NCBI GenBank assembly: GCA_002328585.1
Contig: DCUV01000014.1
Coordinates: 31,893 to 95,892 of the forward strand
DNA length: 64,000 bases
From: Spirochaetia bacterium UBA2205
GTDB lineage: Bacteria; Spirochaetota; UBA4802; UB4802
Direction: 5' to 3'
This document shows, piece after piece, positions 16,782-28,599 of the stretch (positions are counted from its first letter, which is position 1; every line of letters begins with the position of its first letter). A program made the translations under genes and the position numbers. Under the pieces are notes generated by a model that had not been told where the DNA came from, did no database searches, and saw only the letters and a list, made by a program, of their open reading frames with translations.

Positions 16782-19214
16782 ATGATACCAAAAGAAACAA
16801 TATATAATCTGCTTACCACTGTGTCAAAACCGGCGCGATATGCTGGTGGTGAATGGAATGAAATTGTAAAGCCTCATGCTCGGGTAAAAGTGGGATTGTG
16901 TTTTCCCGACCTCTATGAGGTTGGCATGTCCAACAATGGCATTCAGATTTTGTACCATGCCATCAACGCAATGCAACACGCCGCAGCGGAACGTGTCTTT
17001 GCCGTTGAACATGATTTTGAAAACCAGTTGAGGCAGTCACATATTCCTCTTTACACGCTGGAAACCTATACGCCGCTGTGTGCGCTTGACATGCTTGGTT
17101 TTAATGCGGCATGTGAACTTTTGTACACCAATATTTTACAGGTCATTGATTTAGGCACTATCCCTTTGTATGCAAGGGATAGGGGCGATAGTTATCCTTT
17201 AATCATTATTGGCGGCGAGGCAATGAGCAACCCTGCACCGGTTCTGCCTTTTGCTGATGCAATATTTGTTGGTGATGGTGAAGAGGCAATTACCCGGATT
17301 GCGCAGGTGCTTATTGAAAAAAAAGATAAACAGTTATTGAAGGATGAGGTGTTGACAAAGATTGCTGCGATTGAAGGCGTACTGGTAAGCCGCGATGTTG
17401 AGTATGGATATACAGGCAATGCCCTTACTGCAATAAAAGCGCCAGCGGTATATAAGTGTGTGGAACGGCGTTTCCAGGATTATGAGGTAACACGCCCTGT
17501 AGTGCCTTCAATTCGCAGCGTGCAGGATAGGGTATCCGTTCAGCTTGACAGGGGATGTAAAAATTTGTGCAAATTTTGTCATGCTGGTTACTGGGAATTG
17601 CCCTATCGTAAGGTTGAGGTAAGCAGGGTTGCGCAGGCTATTGTTACAACACTACAGTCAACCGGTTTTAATGATGTATCGCTGTTTTCGCTGAGTGTGG
17701 GTGATTATACCGATATTGTTAGCCTGCTCAATATCATTGTGCCAGAACTCATTGAGCAGGGTGTTAGTATATCGTTACCGTCACTGCGTGTTGATATGCA
17801 ATCCATTGCTATCATTGAATCAATTTCAGATTTAAAAAAGACAGCGCTCACCTTTGCTGTTGAATCAGCATCGGATGTTTTGCGCTATCGTGCTTACAAA
17901 CGGCTTACCATAGAAGAGATAATGAACATCATTACAGAGCTGTCACGGCGCGGATGGCAGCGTATAAAACTTTATTTTATGATAGGGCTGCCGGGATGTG
18001 ACAATACCGACGAAGCGGCAGCTATCATTGCATTTATGAAACAAGCCTGTTCCATTGACAAAAGAATGCGCTATAATGTAACTATCTCCCCATTTGTGCC
18101 AAAAGCTCATACTCCATTTCAGTATGAAAAACAGTATGATGAGCACTACTGCCTTGAGGTTGTTAATACCCTTAAACGTAATGTGCCAAAAAATGTCACG
18201 ATTAAAAATCACGATGTGTATGCATCGCTCATTGAAGGTGTTTTAGCACGGGGCGACAGTATGCTTGCCGATGCCATTGTTGGCGCATACAATGCTGGTG
18301 CTCGTCTTGATTTGTGGGGGGAGCACTTTGATTTTACTCTGTGGGATAATGCTTTACAAACAAGCTGTGGCAATTGGCGGCGCTATTTAAATAAGCGGTC
18401 AGATCATGAGCTTTTACCCTGGAGTATGATACACACGCGCTATGAAAGGTTAATAGAAAAAAAGAAAGACTGTACGTGGGATGGCAGGGGACTGCCCCAT
18501 GGGTTTAAAGATGAGATTATTAACAGGGAAGCGTTTGCAAACGCTGCACAGCAATTTACTAAGCGTTATGCAATGGCAGACACATTACGTATTCATTATG
18601 CAAAAAAAGGAAGAGCCCGTTTTATTGGACATATTGATACCATGGAAATTGTAAAGCGAGCGTTGCGTATGGCACATATTCCTGTTGCGTATACACGGGG
18701 GTACAACAAGCACGAACGGTTAATAACAGGACCGGCGCTCCCGTTAGGGTATGAAAGTTATTCTGAGTTTGTTGATATACACTTATATGAAAATTGTAGT
18801 GCAATGAGCTTGCAGAAGTTACAGGTATCCTTTCCTGAAGGATTTGAAGTTGTCAATCTATATCACCACGATGCATCAACGCTGCCGCTTAAACACATTG
18901 TCTTTGCTGAATACCTGCTACAGTTTACCGATAACTATCGGTTTACCTTGTTTATCAACCGTTTGGAAAGCAAAAACGACATTGTAAAAACAACAAAAAA
19001 AGGATTGATGAATTTGCGCTTTGATGATGCAATAGCCAGTGTTATTGTTGCTGATAGCAGTATAAAGCTTATCATGGCGCTGGGTGAGCATGCAATACGT
19101 CCTGATACGCTTGTTGCTGATTGGTGTGGTGTACACAATCCGTTAACTATTGCTGCAATTACAAAGGTTGCATCGTATTATTTGCACAATGATGAATTAA
19201 AAAAATTTCATTAA
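16782..19214 (+). CDS. Radical SAM protein (TIGR03960-like) fused to a DUF2344-like C-terminal domain
   Basis: KPARYAGGE, FPDLYEVGMSN, RGCKNLCKFC; C-terminal GHIDT...RALR...YTRGYN. Confidence 0.82.
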   Translation: MIPKETIYNLLTTVSKPARYAGGEWNEIVKPHARVKVGLCFPDLYEVGMSNNGIQILYHAINAMQHAAAERVFAVEHDFENQLRQSHIPLYTLETYTPLCALDMLGFNAACELLYTNILQVIDLGTIPLYARDRGDSYPLIIIGGEAMSNPAPVLPFADAIFVGDGEEAITRIAQVLIEKKDKQLLKDEVLTKIAAIEGVLVSRDVEYGYTGNALTAIKAPAVYKCVERRFQDYEVTRPVVPSIRSVQDRVSVQLDRGCKNLCKFCHAGYWELPYRKVEVSRVAQAIVTTLQSTGFNDVSLFSLSVGDYTDIVSLLNIIVPELIEQGVSISLPSLRVDMQSIAIIESISDLKKTALTFAVESASDVLRYRAYKRLTIEEIMNIITELSRRGWQRIKLYFMIGLPGCDNTDEAAAIIAFMKQACSIDKRMRYNVTISPFVPKAHTPFQYEKQYDEHYCLEVVNTLKRNVPKNVTIKNHDVYASLIEGVLARGDSMLADAIVGAYNAGARLDLWGEHFDFTLWDNALQTSCGNWRRYLNKRSDHELLPWSMIHTRYERLIEKKKDCTWDGRGLPHGFKDEIINREAFANAAQQFTKRYAMADTLRIHYAKKGRARFIGHIDTMEIVKRALRMAHIPVAYTRGYNKHERLITGPALPLGYESYSEFVDIHLYENCSAMSLQKLQVSFPEGFEVVNLYHHDASTLPLKHIVFAEYLLQFTDNYRFTLFINRLESKNDIVKTTKKGLMNLRFDDAIASVIVADSSIKLIMALGEHAIRPDTLVADWCGVHNPLTIAAITKVASYYLHNDELKKFH

Positions 19215-19229
19215 TATACGAGGTATGCT

Positions 19230-19994
19230 ATGGGTTCGCTTTCATACAACTTAGACGGGAAGGTAGCTATTGTTACCGGTGGTACACGAGGCATTGGATT
19301 GGCTATTGCGCAGGAGTTGCTTAACCAACATGCAAAGGTAGTCATCTGTGCACGTAAACAGGAAGGACTTGACAGGGTAAAGGAGATGCTTAAAGCAGGC
19401 GACAACCTTTTAACCTGTGTTGCACATATCGCAAAAGAAGACGATGTTAACGCACTGGTTGATGCCGCAGTACAAAAATATTCCGCTGTTGATATTTTAA
19501 TTAATAACGTAGGGATGAACCTTATGACTGGTAGCCTTGTTGATGTTGAGCTTTCTGCATGGCAGAAGATTATTGATTCAAACCTTACCGGTACATTTCT
19601 TGTTTCAAAAAAGGTTGGGGCAATTATGAGGCAACAGAAACGCGGAAAAATAGTCAGTATCTCTTCAGTTGCCGGCAGGCTTGCGTCACCGGGAATGAAT
19701 GTGTACGGCATTGCAAAAGCCGGTGTTGAGATGATGACAAAAAATTTAGCAGTGGAACTTGCTCCCTTTAATGTTCAGGTAAATGCGGTTGCTCCTGGTA
19801 TGGTGCGTACCGATTTTAGCAAGCCATTCTGGTCAAATGAAGCAATTCACGATATGGTGGTTAAAAATATTCCCATGGGAAGGATTGCCGAAATTGATGA
19901 GGTGGTACATCCGGTTTTGTTTTTAGCATCTGATGGTGCACGCTATATCACCGGTCAAACTATTGTGATTGATGGCGGAGCTTCAATACTATAG
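19230..19994 (+). CDS. SDR family oxidoreductase
   Basis: TGGTRGIG, YGIAK, NAVAPG motifs. Confidence 0.92.
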   Translation: MGSLSYNLDGKVAIVTGGTRGIGLAIAQELLNQHAKVVICARKQEGLDRVKEMLKAGDNLLTCVAHIAKEDDVNALVDAAVQKYSAVDILINNVGMNLMTGSLVDVELSAWQKIIDSNLTGTFLVSKKVGAIMRQQKRGKIVSISSVAGRLASPGMNVYGIAKAGVEMMTKNLAVELAPFNVQVNAVAPGMVRTDFSKPFWSNEAIHDMVVKNIPMGRIAEIDEVVHPVLFLASDGARYITGQTIVIDGGASIL

Positions 19995-21659
19995 TCATGC
20001 AATATAGAGTATGGTATCCTGATGTAACTTGATTGCATAATGATGATCTGTCATGTGCCATTGCCGGAAGGTTTTGCTTTCAGCAATAAAAATCTGTGCA
20101 TGTTTTACCGTGCTTAATGGTATACGCTTCCCATCAAGCAACAGCTCATTCTTTGCTATTTTATGATTATTAATGATTATTTCCCTGATAATGTTGGGAT
20201 TGGTTTTGCTGCGTATACATGCCGGCACCCATTTGCTATTTGCTTGTATAAACCAATCCCATCGCAAGCAGTCTATTGCAAGTTCCTCTACATGGGGATA
20301 ATCCTCCTTAATAAAGCTAATAACCATAATTGCTATTGACTCCCAATCTTTTGCAAACAACACAAACTTTTTTTTATAAAAAAATTGCGCAATCATCTCA
20401 AAGCTTTTAAAACTATCGCCGTCAGTTATAAAATTATTGAGCATCATCCATGTAGTTTTGAAATGATGGTTATAAAAACTGTCAACCACACGTTCAATGC
20501 AATGGAGAGCTTGCATCTTATGGCTTGAAATCCACTTATTCTTAATAACGGTATAGGGCGCTTCAGCATCATGCTCAATACCAAATTCATTTTTTTGTGA
20601 TGCAATCTTTGTTCCGGGTAAAATTTTTAAAAATCCCATCTGAAAATAATGGGGCTTTAATCCAATTATTTCATTAAAGCTTTCTTTTATTGCCTCAATG
20701 TCTTCATATGGCAACCCACATATCATATCCACATGCATGTGTATAGTGTTTAGTTCAATAAGTTTTGCTATATTTTTTTTTGCTCTTTCCCAGTTCATCT
20801 TTCGGTTTATGCTGCTCAGCGTTTTTGGGTGAATGGACTGGATGCCAATCTCAAATTGAAAATAGTTTTTTGGTACCTGCTGTAACAATGTAAAATCTTC
20901 ATCAAACAGCAAATCAGGGTGTATTTCAAAATGGAAATGGGTTTGGTTATTGTTGTGCGATAGTAAATAGTAAAAAATTGATCGAGCATGGGTGGGATTG
21001 CAATTAAATGTTCTATCAACAAACTTCACCATCCTGACTTTTTGCTGTAGAAAAATGTCAAGCTCATGATACACCTTTTGTAATTCTCTGAACTGTATTG
21101 GTTGATCCTCCCTTGAAGAGAGGCAATAGCTGCACGCATAAGGGCAACCCCTGCTTGATTCATAGTATATAAAACGGGAGGCTAAATTGTTAATATCACT
21201 TTCAGAATAGGGGAAGGGAATTTCATTAAGATGGTAGTTTGGTAATGATAGAGTTTTTTTGTCTAAAAGGAATTGCTTTTGTGCAGCATACTCAAATGAT
21301 CGTTCACCTGCTCCCTGTATGATAGTTGTTATAAATGGGAATTGCTTCAGCCATTCATCGGCGGCGTAGCTTACTTCAGGTCCACCCAATATTATTGTGC
21401 AGTTGGGCAATGCTGTATGTATCAATGGAAGCAATTTTTTTATGTAAGATGTATTCCATATATACACTGATAGGCACAATACATCCGGATTAATAGTAAC
21501 TATCGCATCGCGTGTGTCATCAACAGGTTGATTGATGGTTGCTTCATGAAGGCGTACCGTATAATTGAGGGGTTGTAGAATTTGTTTCAGATAGTAGAGA
21601 GAGAGCGATGAATGGATATACCGAGCGTTAACACCAAGGAGTAAAATGGTTAAATTCAT
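19995..21659 (-). CDS. B12-binding radical SAM protein (DUF4080-like)
   Basis: B12-binding N-terminus (LSVYIWN, LGGPEVS); SRGCPYACSYC. Confidence 0.85.
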   Translation of the reverse strand: MNLTILLLGVNARYIHSSLSLYYLKQILQPLNYTVRLHEATINQPVDDTRDAIVTINPDVLCLSVYIWNTSYIKKLLPLIHTALPNCTIILGGPEVSYAADEWLKQFPFITTIIQGAGERSFEYAAQKQFLLDKKTLSLPNYHLNEIPFPYSESDINNLASRFIYYESSRGCPYACSYCLSSREDQPIQFRELQKVYHELDIFLQQKVRMVKFVDRTFNCNPTHARSIFYYLLSHNNNQTHFHFEIHPDLLFDEDFTLLQQVPKNYFQFEIGIQSIHPKTLSSINRKMNWERAKKNIAKLIELNTIHMHVDMICGLPYEDIEAIKESFNEIIGLKPHYFQMGFLKILPGTKIASQKNEFGIEHDAEAPYTVIKNKWISSHKMQALHCIERVVDSFYNHHFKTTWMMLNNFITDGDSFKSFEMIAQFFYKKKFVLFAKDWESIAIMVISFIKEDYPHVEELAIDCLRWDWFIQANSKWVPACIRSKTNPNIIREIIINNHKIAKNELLLDGKRIPLSTVKHAQIFIAESKTFRQWHMTDHHYAIKLHQDTILYIA

Positions 21660-21679
21660 ACAATACAGTATAATTTAGT

Positions 21680-21716
21680 AAAGAAAATCCCGGTGTTGTC
21701 ACCAGGATTTTCTTTT
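21680..21716 (-). terminator. Intrinsic terminator-like hairpin downstream of ino1
   Basis: AAAGAAAATCC-C-GGTG / CACC-A-GGATTTTCTTT inverted repeat. Confidence 0.65.
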
Positions 21717-21727
21717 GTATTATTATA

Positions 21728-23047
21728 TCAGTCATACGATTCTGAACCCAGATAGGTAACCGGCGGAACATCCATAAGCCATCGCAGGGTATTCTTTAAT
21801 TTCATAAGCTGTACAAACAGGTCATGGATTGGTTCTTCGCCAGGCTCAAACATGGGGCTTTTCCAGTAAAATGATAGCCACTCCTGGATGCCATACATGG
21901 ATGCACGCTGCGCCAGGTCAAAGAATAGCACAAGGTCAAGTACAACCGGTGCAGCCAGAATAGAATCGCGGCATAAAAAGTTAACCTTGATCTGCATGGG
22001 GTAATCCAACCATCCGCGGATATCAATATTGTCCCAGCTTTCTTTATTGTCACGACGTGGAGGATAGTAATTAATGCGAACAACATGATAGTAGCCGTCG
22101 TACAATGCCGGATATTCATCAGGCTGGAATATATTATCAAGAACCGAAAGCTTGCTAACCTCTTTAGTTTTGAATGATTCAGGATCGTCCAGTACCTCGC
22201 CATCACGGTTTCCTAAAATATTTGTTGAATACCAGCCGTCAACGCCAATCATCCTTGCCTTTAAACCAGGGGCAATAATTGTTTTCATTAAAGTCTGCCC
22301 TGTTTTGAAATCCCTTCCGCCCATAGGCACCTTGTTTTTCTCGGCAAGCTGCCGTAAGGCAGGAATTTCATTGCAGAGGTTTGGAGCACCGTTTGCAAAA
22401 GGAATACCTAAATCCAGCGCTGCATACGCGTATATCATGCTTGGGGCAATAGACTTATTATTTTCTTTCAGCGCTTTTTCAAAATTTTCGATGGTATCAT
22501 GAACGCCTGGTTTCATTTCCTGATAAATCTCGGTACTGGCACACCATACCATAACAACCCGAGATAAGTTTTTTTCTTTTTTAAAGTTAAGGATATCTTC
22601 TTTAACCATCTGTGCTAATTCCCAATGGGAAGGAGCCTTTTTAGTCCACGTGCCATGGAGTTTTTTAACATATTCATTAAAGAAAACGGCTTTCCACGGC
22701 TTTACTTTCGATAGTTCATCTTTAATGGGTTCAAGGTCTTCCTTTTGCACTACACCAGCATTGATAGCTGCTTCATATGCATTATCTTCAAAAATGTCCC
22801 ATCCAGCAAATTCAATATCCTGTAAATTGGCAAGTGGAACAAAATCTTTAATGGGAACATAGTGGGCATCATCACCTTTGCCTATCTTTAATTTTCCCAT
22901 CATTGAAACAGAACCCTTGGGTAATTTTAATCCTTTGCGGATAAGCATTACGCCTGCAATAAAAGTGGTGCTGACAGCACCAAGCCCGGGTATAACAACC
23001 CCTAATTTACCTTCAGCTTTTTGAATCTCGGTATTTTTAAGTGTCAA
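21728..23047 (-). CDS. ino1: myo-inositol-1-phosphate synthase
   Basis: GLGAVSTT, DFKTGQT, NILGNRDG, NFLCRDSILAAP motifs; TTG 23047 with a GAGG RBS preferred. Confidence 0.9.
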   Translation of the reverse strand: MTLKNTEIQKAEGKLGVVIPGLGAVSTTFIAGVMLIRKGLKLPKGSVSMMGKLKIGKGDDAHYVPIKDFVPLANLQDIEFAGWDIFEDNAYEAAINAGVVQKEDLEPIKDELSKVKPWKAVFFNEYVKKLHGTWTKKAPSHWELAQMVKEDILNFKKEKNLSRVVMVWCASTEIYQEMKPGVHDTIENFEKALKENNKSIAPSMIYAYAALDLGIPFANGAPNLCNEIPALRQLAEKNKVPMGGRDFKTGQTLMKTIIAPGLKARMIGVDGWYSTNILGNRDGEVLDDPESFKTKEVSKLSVLDNIFQPDEYPALYDGYYHVVRINYYPPRRDNKESWDNIDIRGWLDYPMQIKVNFLCRDSILAAPVVLDLVLFFDLAQRASMYGIQEWLSFYWKSPMFEPGEEPIHDLFVQLMKLKNTLRWLMDVPPVTYLGSESYD

Positions 23048-23335
23048 GGTACGCCTCGCTTTTAATTTAAAAAATTTATGTAAAAAAAATAGCACCCTGC
23101 AATAGAATAAAAAAAACGTGCTATTCATTACAAATTACTAAACATAACTATCATATCCATAGTCAAGAAATTTATCGAAAAAAAGGCAGATTATTAATAA
23201 CAATAAAACAATAATCCCAGATGGTTGGTAATATATTTTTTTGCCATTAAACAAACATTATTGTAAATGTCAATAGAAAAAATGACAAGATGTTTGAAAA
23301 GTAATGCAAATTCACGATAAATAAAACAGTAGTAA

Positions 23336-24784
23336 CTATCGTTTACCTCCTAATAGTGAACCTAATATCCCCCTTACTATCTGCCGTCCAACAGAGCTTC
23401 CTATTGAACGAGCTGCACTTTTCATCATAGCTTCAACTACGGTATCACTTTTTCTACCAGCTTTTTGTTCAGGGATATCTTCCTTCTCATGAGTAGCTTC
23501 AACAACTTTTTGTGCACGAGTTTTTAACATTTCATAAGCTGATTCTCTGTCTATTGTTTTATCATAAATGCCCTTAACCGGTGATGAATCAATAATTTCA
23601 TTTCGTTCTTGCGGCGTAATGGGCCCAATCTGTCCTTTTGGCGGTACAATGAATGCACGTTCTACAATCTCTGGTTTACCATCTTCGTCCAGAAATGACA
23701 CTAATGCTTCGCCAACCTCTAATTCAACAATTACTTTTTCAACATCTAATTTTGAATTTTCCCTGAATGTTTGGGCTATTGCTTTCACTGCTTTCTGATC
23801 GTTGGGAGTAAAAGCACGTAAAGCATGCTGCACCCTGTTGCCTAATTGACCTAATACAGTTTGGGGTATGTCTGCAGGATTTTGAGTAATGAAATATACA
23901 CCAACACCCTTTGAACGTATTAAACGAACTACCTGCTCAATTTTTTCCAGTAAAGCTTTGGGTGCATCGTTAAAAAGCAGATGTGCTTCATCAAAGAAAA
24001 AGGCAATCTTTGGTTTATCCAGATCACCAACTTCAGGTAAAATTTCAAAAAGTTCTGATAAAAGCCATAGTAAAAACGTAGCATAGAGCTTTGGAGAGTT
24101 TATAAGCGATTCAGCAGCAAGAATATTTACATAGCCCCGTCCTTTTTCATCAGTCTGAATAAAATCTTCAATGTTTAATGCAGGTTCACCAAAAAAAATT
24201 TCAGCTCCCTGATTTTGCAGTTCTAAGATACTACGCTGTATAGCTCCAATGCTTGCAGTGGATACTCGTCCATACTCTGTATTAAATTCTGAAGCATTAT
24301 CGCCAACAAATTGTATCATGGATCGTAAATCTTTGATATCCAGAATAGGCAATCCATTATCATCAGCAATTTTAAATATTACATTGAGCGTTCCGGTTTG
24401 CGTCTCGTTAAGATTCAAGATACGGCTTAAAAGGAGCGGTCCCATATCAGTAACAGTGGTACGAATAGGATGTCCTGATTTCCCAAACAAATCCCAGAAA
24501 ACAACAGGGAATCCTTGAAAAGTATGATTATCAATCTTAAGCTTTTTAAGGCGTTGTGCAAGTTTATCATTTTGCTTCCCTGGCTTACTTATTCCCGACA
24601 GATCACCTTTTACATCTGCCATAAACACCGGGATGCCAGCTAAACTAAAATTTTCGGCTATAACCTGTAAAGTAACCGTTTTACCGGTACCGGTTGCACC
24701 AGCAATTAATCCGTGTCGGTTTGCCATATGTGGAATGATAAAAAGGTCTTTTTCACCTTTAGCAATGAGTAGTGGTGCATTCAT
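23336..24784 (-). CDS. DUF853 (YjgR-like) HerA/FtsK-family ATPase
   Basis: [39 protein letters not shown]. Confidence 0.88.
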   Translation of the reverse strand: MNAPLLIAKGEKDLFIIPHMANRHGLIAGATGTGKTVTLQVIAENFSLAGIPVFMADVKGDLSGISKPGKQNDKLAQRLKKLKIDNHTFQGFPVVFWDLFGKSGHPIRTTVTDMGPLLLSRILNLNETQTGTLNVIFKIADDNGLPILDIKDLRSMIQFVGDNASEFNTEYGRVSTASIGAIQRSILELQNQGAEIFFGEPALNIEDFIQTDEKGRGYVNILAAESLINSPKLYATFLLWLLSELFEILPEVGDLDKPKIAFFFDEAHLLFNDAPKALLEKIEQVVRLIRSKGVGVYFITQNPADIPQTVLGQLGNRVQHALRAFTPNDQKAVKAIAQTFRENSKLDVEKVIVELEVGEALVSFLDEDGKPEIVERAFIVPPKGQIGPITPQERNEIIDSSPVKGIYDKTIDRESAYEMLKTRAQKVVEATHEKEDIPEQKAGRKSDTVVEAMMKSAARSIGSSVGRQIVRGILGSLLGGKR

Positions 24785-24995
24785 TTCTTTCCTCCAATAT
24801 GTCTGTATCATTGTTTGTAGTATTACCTGTTTGATAGTTACTGTCAATTCTATTTTGCTGTTTTACATATCATAGGCTGTATTAATTAAATTTTGAGTGT
24901 GCCCCTGCTGGCACAAATATTGGAAAGGTAATATAAGCCTTCATTTTTATATTCATACTTTCTTTTGTATGGCGTCAAAAGTTTAATCATTTCGT

Positions 24996-25026
24996 AAGGG
25001 GATATTTATGCGCTAAATATCCCCTT
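24996..25026. repeat. Perfect 13-bp-stem palindrome in the carB-DUF853 intergenic region
   Basis: AAGGGGATATTTA-TGCGC-TAAATATCCCCTT. Confidence 0.7.
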
Positions 25027-25152
25027 GCCAACCCCTAAAGCGCACCTCAAACGGCGGTGTGCCTTATTTCTGAGGGGTCAGAGCCTTGTTACTTCCACCC
25101 TTCGTTTAAGAGGGGAGTACATCTTCACCTCAATACCCTTTTTTATACAGAT

Positions 25153-28100
25153 TTACGACATCTCTGAATGATACTCTTGTAATGATTTTGGTGTTTCTTC
25201 ACCATATTGTTTGATCATTTCAATACCTCGGACTGCTGCTCTTGCTGCTGCAATGGTGGTGATATATGGAATTTTATATTTTATTGCAGCTTTACGGATG
25301 TATGAATCATCCACTTCGCTTATCCGGCCAAATGGTGTGTTGATGATGAGGTTAATTTCTTTGTTCTTAATCCTGTCAACAACATCCGGTCTTCCCTCGT
25401 TGAGTTTAAAAACCATCTGTGCTGGTATTCCGTGTTCATCAAGATACTTTGATGTGCCTTCAGTTGCAATTATTGTAAATCCCAATGAATGAAATTTTTT
25501 TGCAACTTCAAGAGCACCTTCACGATCTTTGCGATTTACTGTAATGAGTATATTGCCCTCTAAAGGCAATCGCCATCCTGCAGCATCCTGTGCTTTAAAA
25601 TATGCAACGCCAAAGCTATTGGCTATGCCAAGCACCTCCCCGGTAGAACGCATCTCGGGTCCTAAAACAGGGTCAACTTCAGGGAACATATTAAATGGAA
25701 AAACTGCTTCTTTAACGCCAAAGTGTTTAATCTTCTTTTTAACTGCTAAATCGGGAGATAGCTTGCTGCCAAGCATTAACTTTGTAGCAATTTTTGCCAT
25801 TGGTATGCCACATACTTTTGAAACAAGTGGCACCGTACGTGATGCCCTTGGATTTGCTTCAAGGATATATACGGTATCATTTACAATAGCATACTGTATA
25901 TTTAAAAGCCCTATAACGTTAAGTTCAAGTGCAAGCATTTTTGTATATTTTTCAATAGTTTCAATATGTTCTTTTTTAATGTTATCGGGAGGGATAGCAC
26001 ATGCTGAATCTCCGGAATGAACACCTGCAAGCTCAATATGTTCCATCACCGAAGGGACAAAAACATTTTCACCATCACAGATGGCATCAGCTTCACACTC
26101 TATAGCATCAACAAGAAAACGGTCGATCAAAATTGGCCTCTCAGGGGTTACTTCCACCGCAGCTTTTACGTATTGTTTAAGCATCTCTTCATCATATATT
26201 ATTTCCATTGCCCTGCCACCCAGTACGTATGAAGGGCGTACCATAAGAGGGTATCCTATTCGGTTGGCAATCATTAAAGCTTCTTCAAGCGATGATGCCA
26301 TCCCCGATTCAGGCTGCGGGATGTTTAATTTTGTAATGACTTTTCTAAAGCGATCACGGTCTTCGGCTAAATCAATAGAATCAACAGAAGTTCCTAAAAT
26401 TTTTACCCCTGATTTGACCAGTTCACCTGCAATATTAAGCGGGGTCTGACCGCCAAACTGTACAATGACACCTTCAGGTTTTTCTTTTTCATAGATGCTC
26501 AGTACGTCTTCTACTGTCAGTGGTTCAAAATACAGCTTGTCAGCTGTATCATAATCGGTGGATACCGTTTCGGGATTGCAGTTGATAATGATTGCTTCAT
26601 ATCCAGCTTCTTTTATAGCAAAAGCTGCATGAACGCAACAGTAATCAAATTCAATGCCCTGACCAATTCTGTTAGGGCCTCCTCCCAGAACTATTATTTT
26701 TTTGCGATGTGATACAGATACTCTATCAGGTGCATTGTATGTGGAATAATAGTAAGCAGCATCTTCTACACCACTTACCGGCACAGGTTCCCATCGCTCA
26801 ACAACTCCCAGTGATATTCTTTGTTTGCGGATTGCATCTTCAGGAAGTCCAAGAATCTTTGAAAGATATTTATCTGAAAATCCCCACTCCTTTGCAGTTT
26901 TTAAAAGAGAGTCAGGAAGTGATTTTTTTGCAAATGTGAGCATTTCATTTTCTAAATCAACAAGCTCTTTCATTTGTTGTATAAAATATTCTTTTATATG
27001 GGTGCGTTCTTTTAAAAGTGTAATATCGGCACCTTTTCGCAAGGCTTCATACATGATGAAGTGCCGTTCGCTTGACGGTGTACTTAGCAGGCGCATAAGT
27101 TCTTCCAGCGGAAGATTATGGAAATCTTTAGCAAAGCCTAATCCATGCCGGCCAATCTCTAAGGAACGTATTGCCTTCTGAAAAGCCTCCTTATAATTTT
27201 TTCCTATACTCATGACCTCGCCAACCGAACGCATCTGTGTGCCAAGCTTATCCTCAACACCCTTAAATTTTTCAAAACCCCAGCGGGCAAATTTTACTAC
27301 TATATAATCACCTGATGGTGTATACGTATCAAGAGTACCATCCCGCCAGTAAGGGATTTCATCCAGAGTTAATCCAGCAGCAAGTAGTGATGATACAAAT
27401 GCAATGGGAAATCCCGTTGCTTTTGATGCCAATGCAGACGAGCGTGAGGTTCTGGGATTAATCTCAATAACAACTATCCTGCCAGTTTTGGGATCATGAG
27501 CAAACTGGATATTGGTACCCCCAATTACTTTGATTGCTTCAACAATCCGGTATGCATAGTGTTGCAAACGCTTTTGCGTTTCGGGGCTTATGGTAAGCAT
27601 GGGCGCTGTACAAAATGAATCACCGGTGTGGATACCCATTGCATCAACGTTTTCTATAAAGCAAACTGTTATCATTTGATTTTTGGCATCCCGTACAACC
27701 TCTAATTCAAGTTCCTCCCAGCCCATGACCGATTCCTCAACCAGCACCTGACCAATCATGCTTGCCGATAGTCCTCGTGAAACAATAACTTCAAGGTCTT
27801 CCATGTTATAAACATGACCGCCGCCAGTTCCTCCAAGAGTATAGGCAGGGCGTATGACAAGGGGGAAGCCTAATTTTTCAGCTATTTTTTTTGCCTCTTC
27901 AACACTGTATGCAGGTTCGCTTGCAGGCATTGCAATCTCAAGCTGATGCATGGTATTTTTAAAAGAAATGCGGTCTTCACCGCGTTCTATTGCATCAATG
28001 TCAACACCAATAATTCTGACCCCATGTTTTTCTAAAACACCTGCTTTATATAACGAAGAGGACAGATTCAATCCCGTCTGTCCTCCTAAATTTGGCAATA

Positions 28101-28356
28101 ATGCATCAGGCTTTTCTTTTTCAATAATTTTAGAAAGTGAATCTACGGTCAGTGGTTCAATATAGGTAATGTCTGCCATCTCAGGGTCGGTCATAATTGT
28201 TGCTGGATTGGAATTGACAAGAACTATCGAATACCCTAATTTTTTTAATGCTTTACAGGCTTGTGTTCCTGAATAATCAAATTCGCATGCCTGTCCAATA
28301 ATAATAGGGCCGGAACCAATAATCATTATCTTATGTATATCGCTTCGTTTTGGCAC
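25153..28356 (-). CDS. carB: Carbamoyl-phosphate synthase large subunit
   Basis: MPKRSDI..IIGSGPIIIGQACEFDYSG; duplicated ATP-grasp domains; C-terminal MGS domain. Confidence 0.97.
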   Translation of the reverse strand: MPKRSDIHKIMIIGSGPIIIGQACEFDYSGTQACKALKKLGYSIVLVNSNPATIMTDPEMADITYIEPLTVDSLSKIIEKEKPDALLPNLGGQTGLNLSSSLYKAGVLEKHGVRIIGVDIDAIERGEDRISFKNTMHQLEIAMPASEPAYSVEEAKKIAEKLGFPLVIRPAYTLGGTGGGHVYNMEDLEVIVSRGLSASMIGQVLVEESVMGWEELELEVVRDAKNQMITVCFIENVDAMGIHTGDSFCTAPMLTISPETQKRLQHYAYRIVEAIKVIGGTNIQFAHDPKTGRIVVIEINPRTSRSSALASKATGFPIAFVSSLLAAGLTLDEIPYWRDGTLDTYTPSGDYIVVKFARWGFEKFKGVEDKLGTQMRSVGEVMSIGKNYKEAFQKAIRSLEIGRHGLGFAKDFHNLPLEELMRLLSTPSSERHFIMYEALRKGADITLLKERTHIKEYFIQQMKELVDLENEMLTFAKKSLPDSLLKTAKEWGFSDKYLSKILGLPEDAIRKQRISLGVVERWEPVPVSGVEDAAYYYSTYNAPDRVSVSHRKKIIVLGGGPNRIGQGIEFDYCCVHAAFAIKEAGYEAIIINCNPETVSTDYDTADKLYFEPLTVEDVLSIYEKEKPEGVIVQFGGQTPLNIAGELVKSGVKILGTSVDSIDLAEDRDRFRKVITKLNIPQPESGMASSLEEALMIANRIGYPLMVRPSYVLGGRAMEIIYDEEMLKQYVKAAVEVTPERPILIDRFLVDAIECEADAICDGENVFVPSVMEHIELAGVHSGDSACAIPPDNIKKEHIETIEKYTKMLALELNVIGLLNIQYAIVNDTVYILEANPRASRTVPLVSKVCGIPMAKIATKLMLGSKLSPDLAVKKKIKHFGVKEAVFPFNMFPEVDPVLGPEMRSTGEVLGIANSFGVAYFKAQDAAGWRLPLEGNILITVNRKDREGALEVAKKFHSLGFTIIATEGTSKYLDEHGIPAQMVFKLNEGRPDVVDRIKNKEINLIINTPFGRISEVDDSYIRKAAIKYKIPYITTIAAARAAVRGIEMIKQYGEETPKSLQEYHSEMS

Positions 28357-28599
28357 GGTACTCCTCCGCTCATTTTTAAATAAAAAGCGTCATGAAGCAT
28401 AATAATGTCAATAATTTTATTAATAAAGAATAAAAGGAATAATACTATGAGCGATAGTAATTTTTAATTTTTTTCTTGCTATTTTACAGGAGCTATCGCA
28501 TATATTAATTATTACACTATGATAGTGAACATGTCCTGGTAAAGGTGCATAGAGTGTTGAGAAGGTTCATTATTATATCTTCAGGGAGGGGTAAAAAAT

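Noticed and set aside
25153-28356. carB without adjacent carA; hisBHA without hisF; tilS-ftsH without hpt
   Set aside because: Split operons like these are common, and the missing genes may lie elsewhere.
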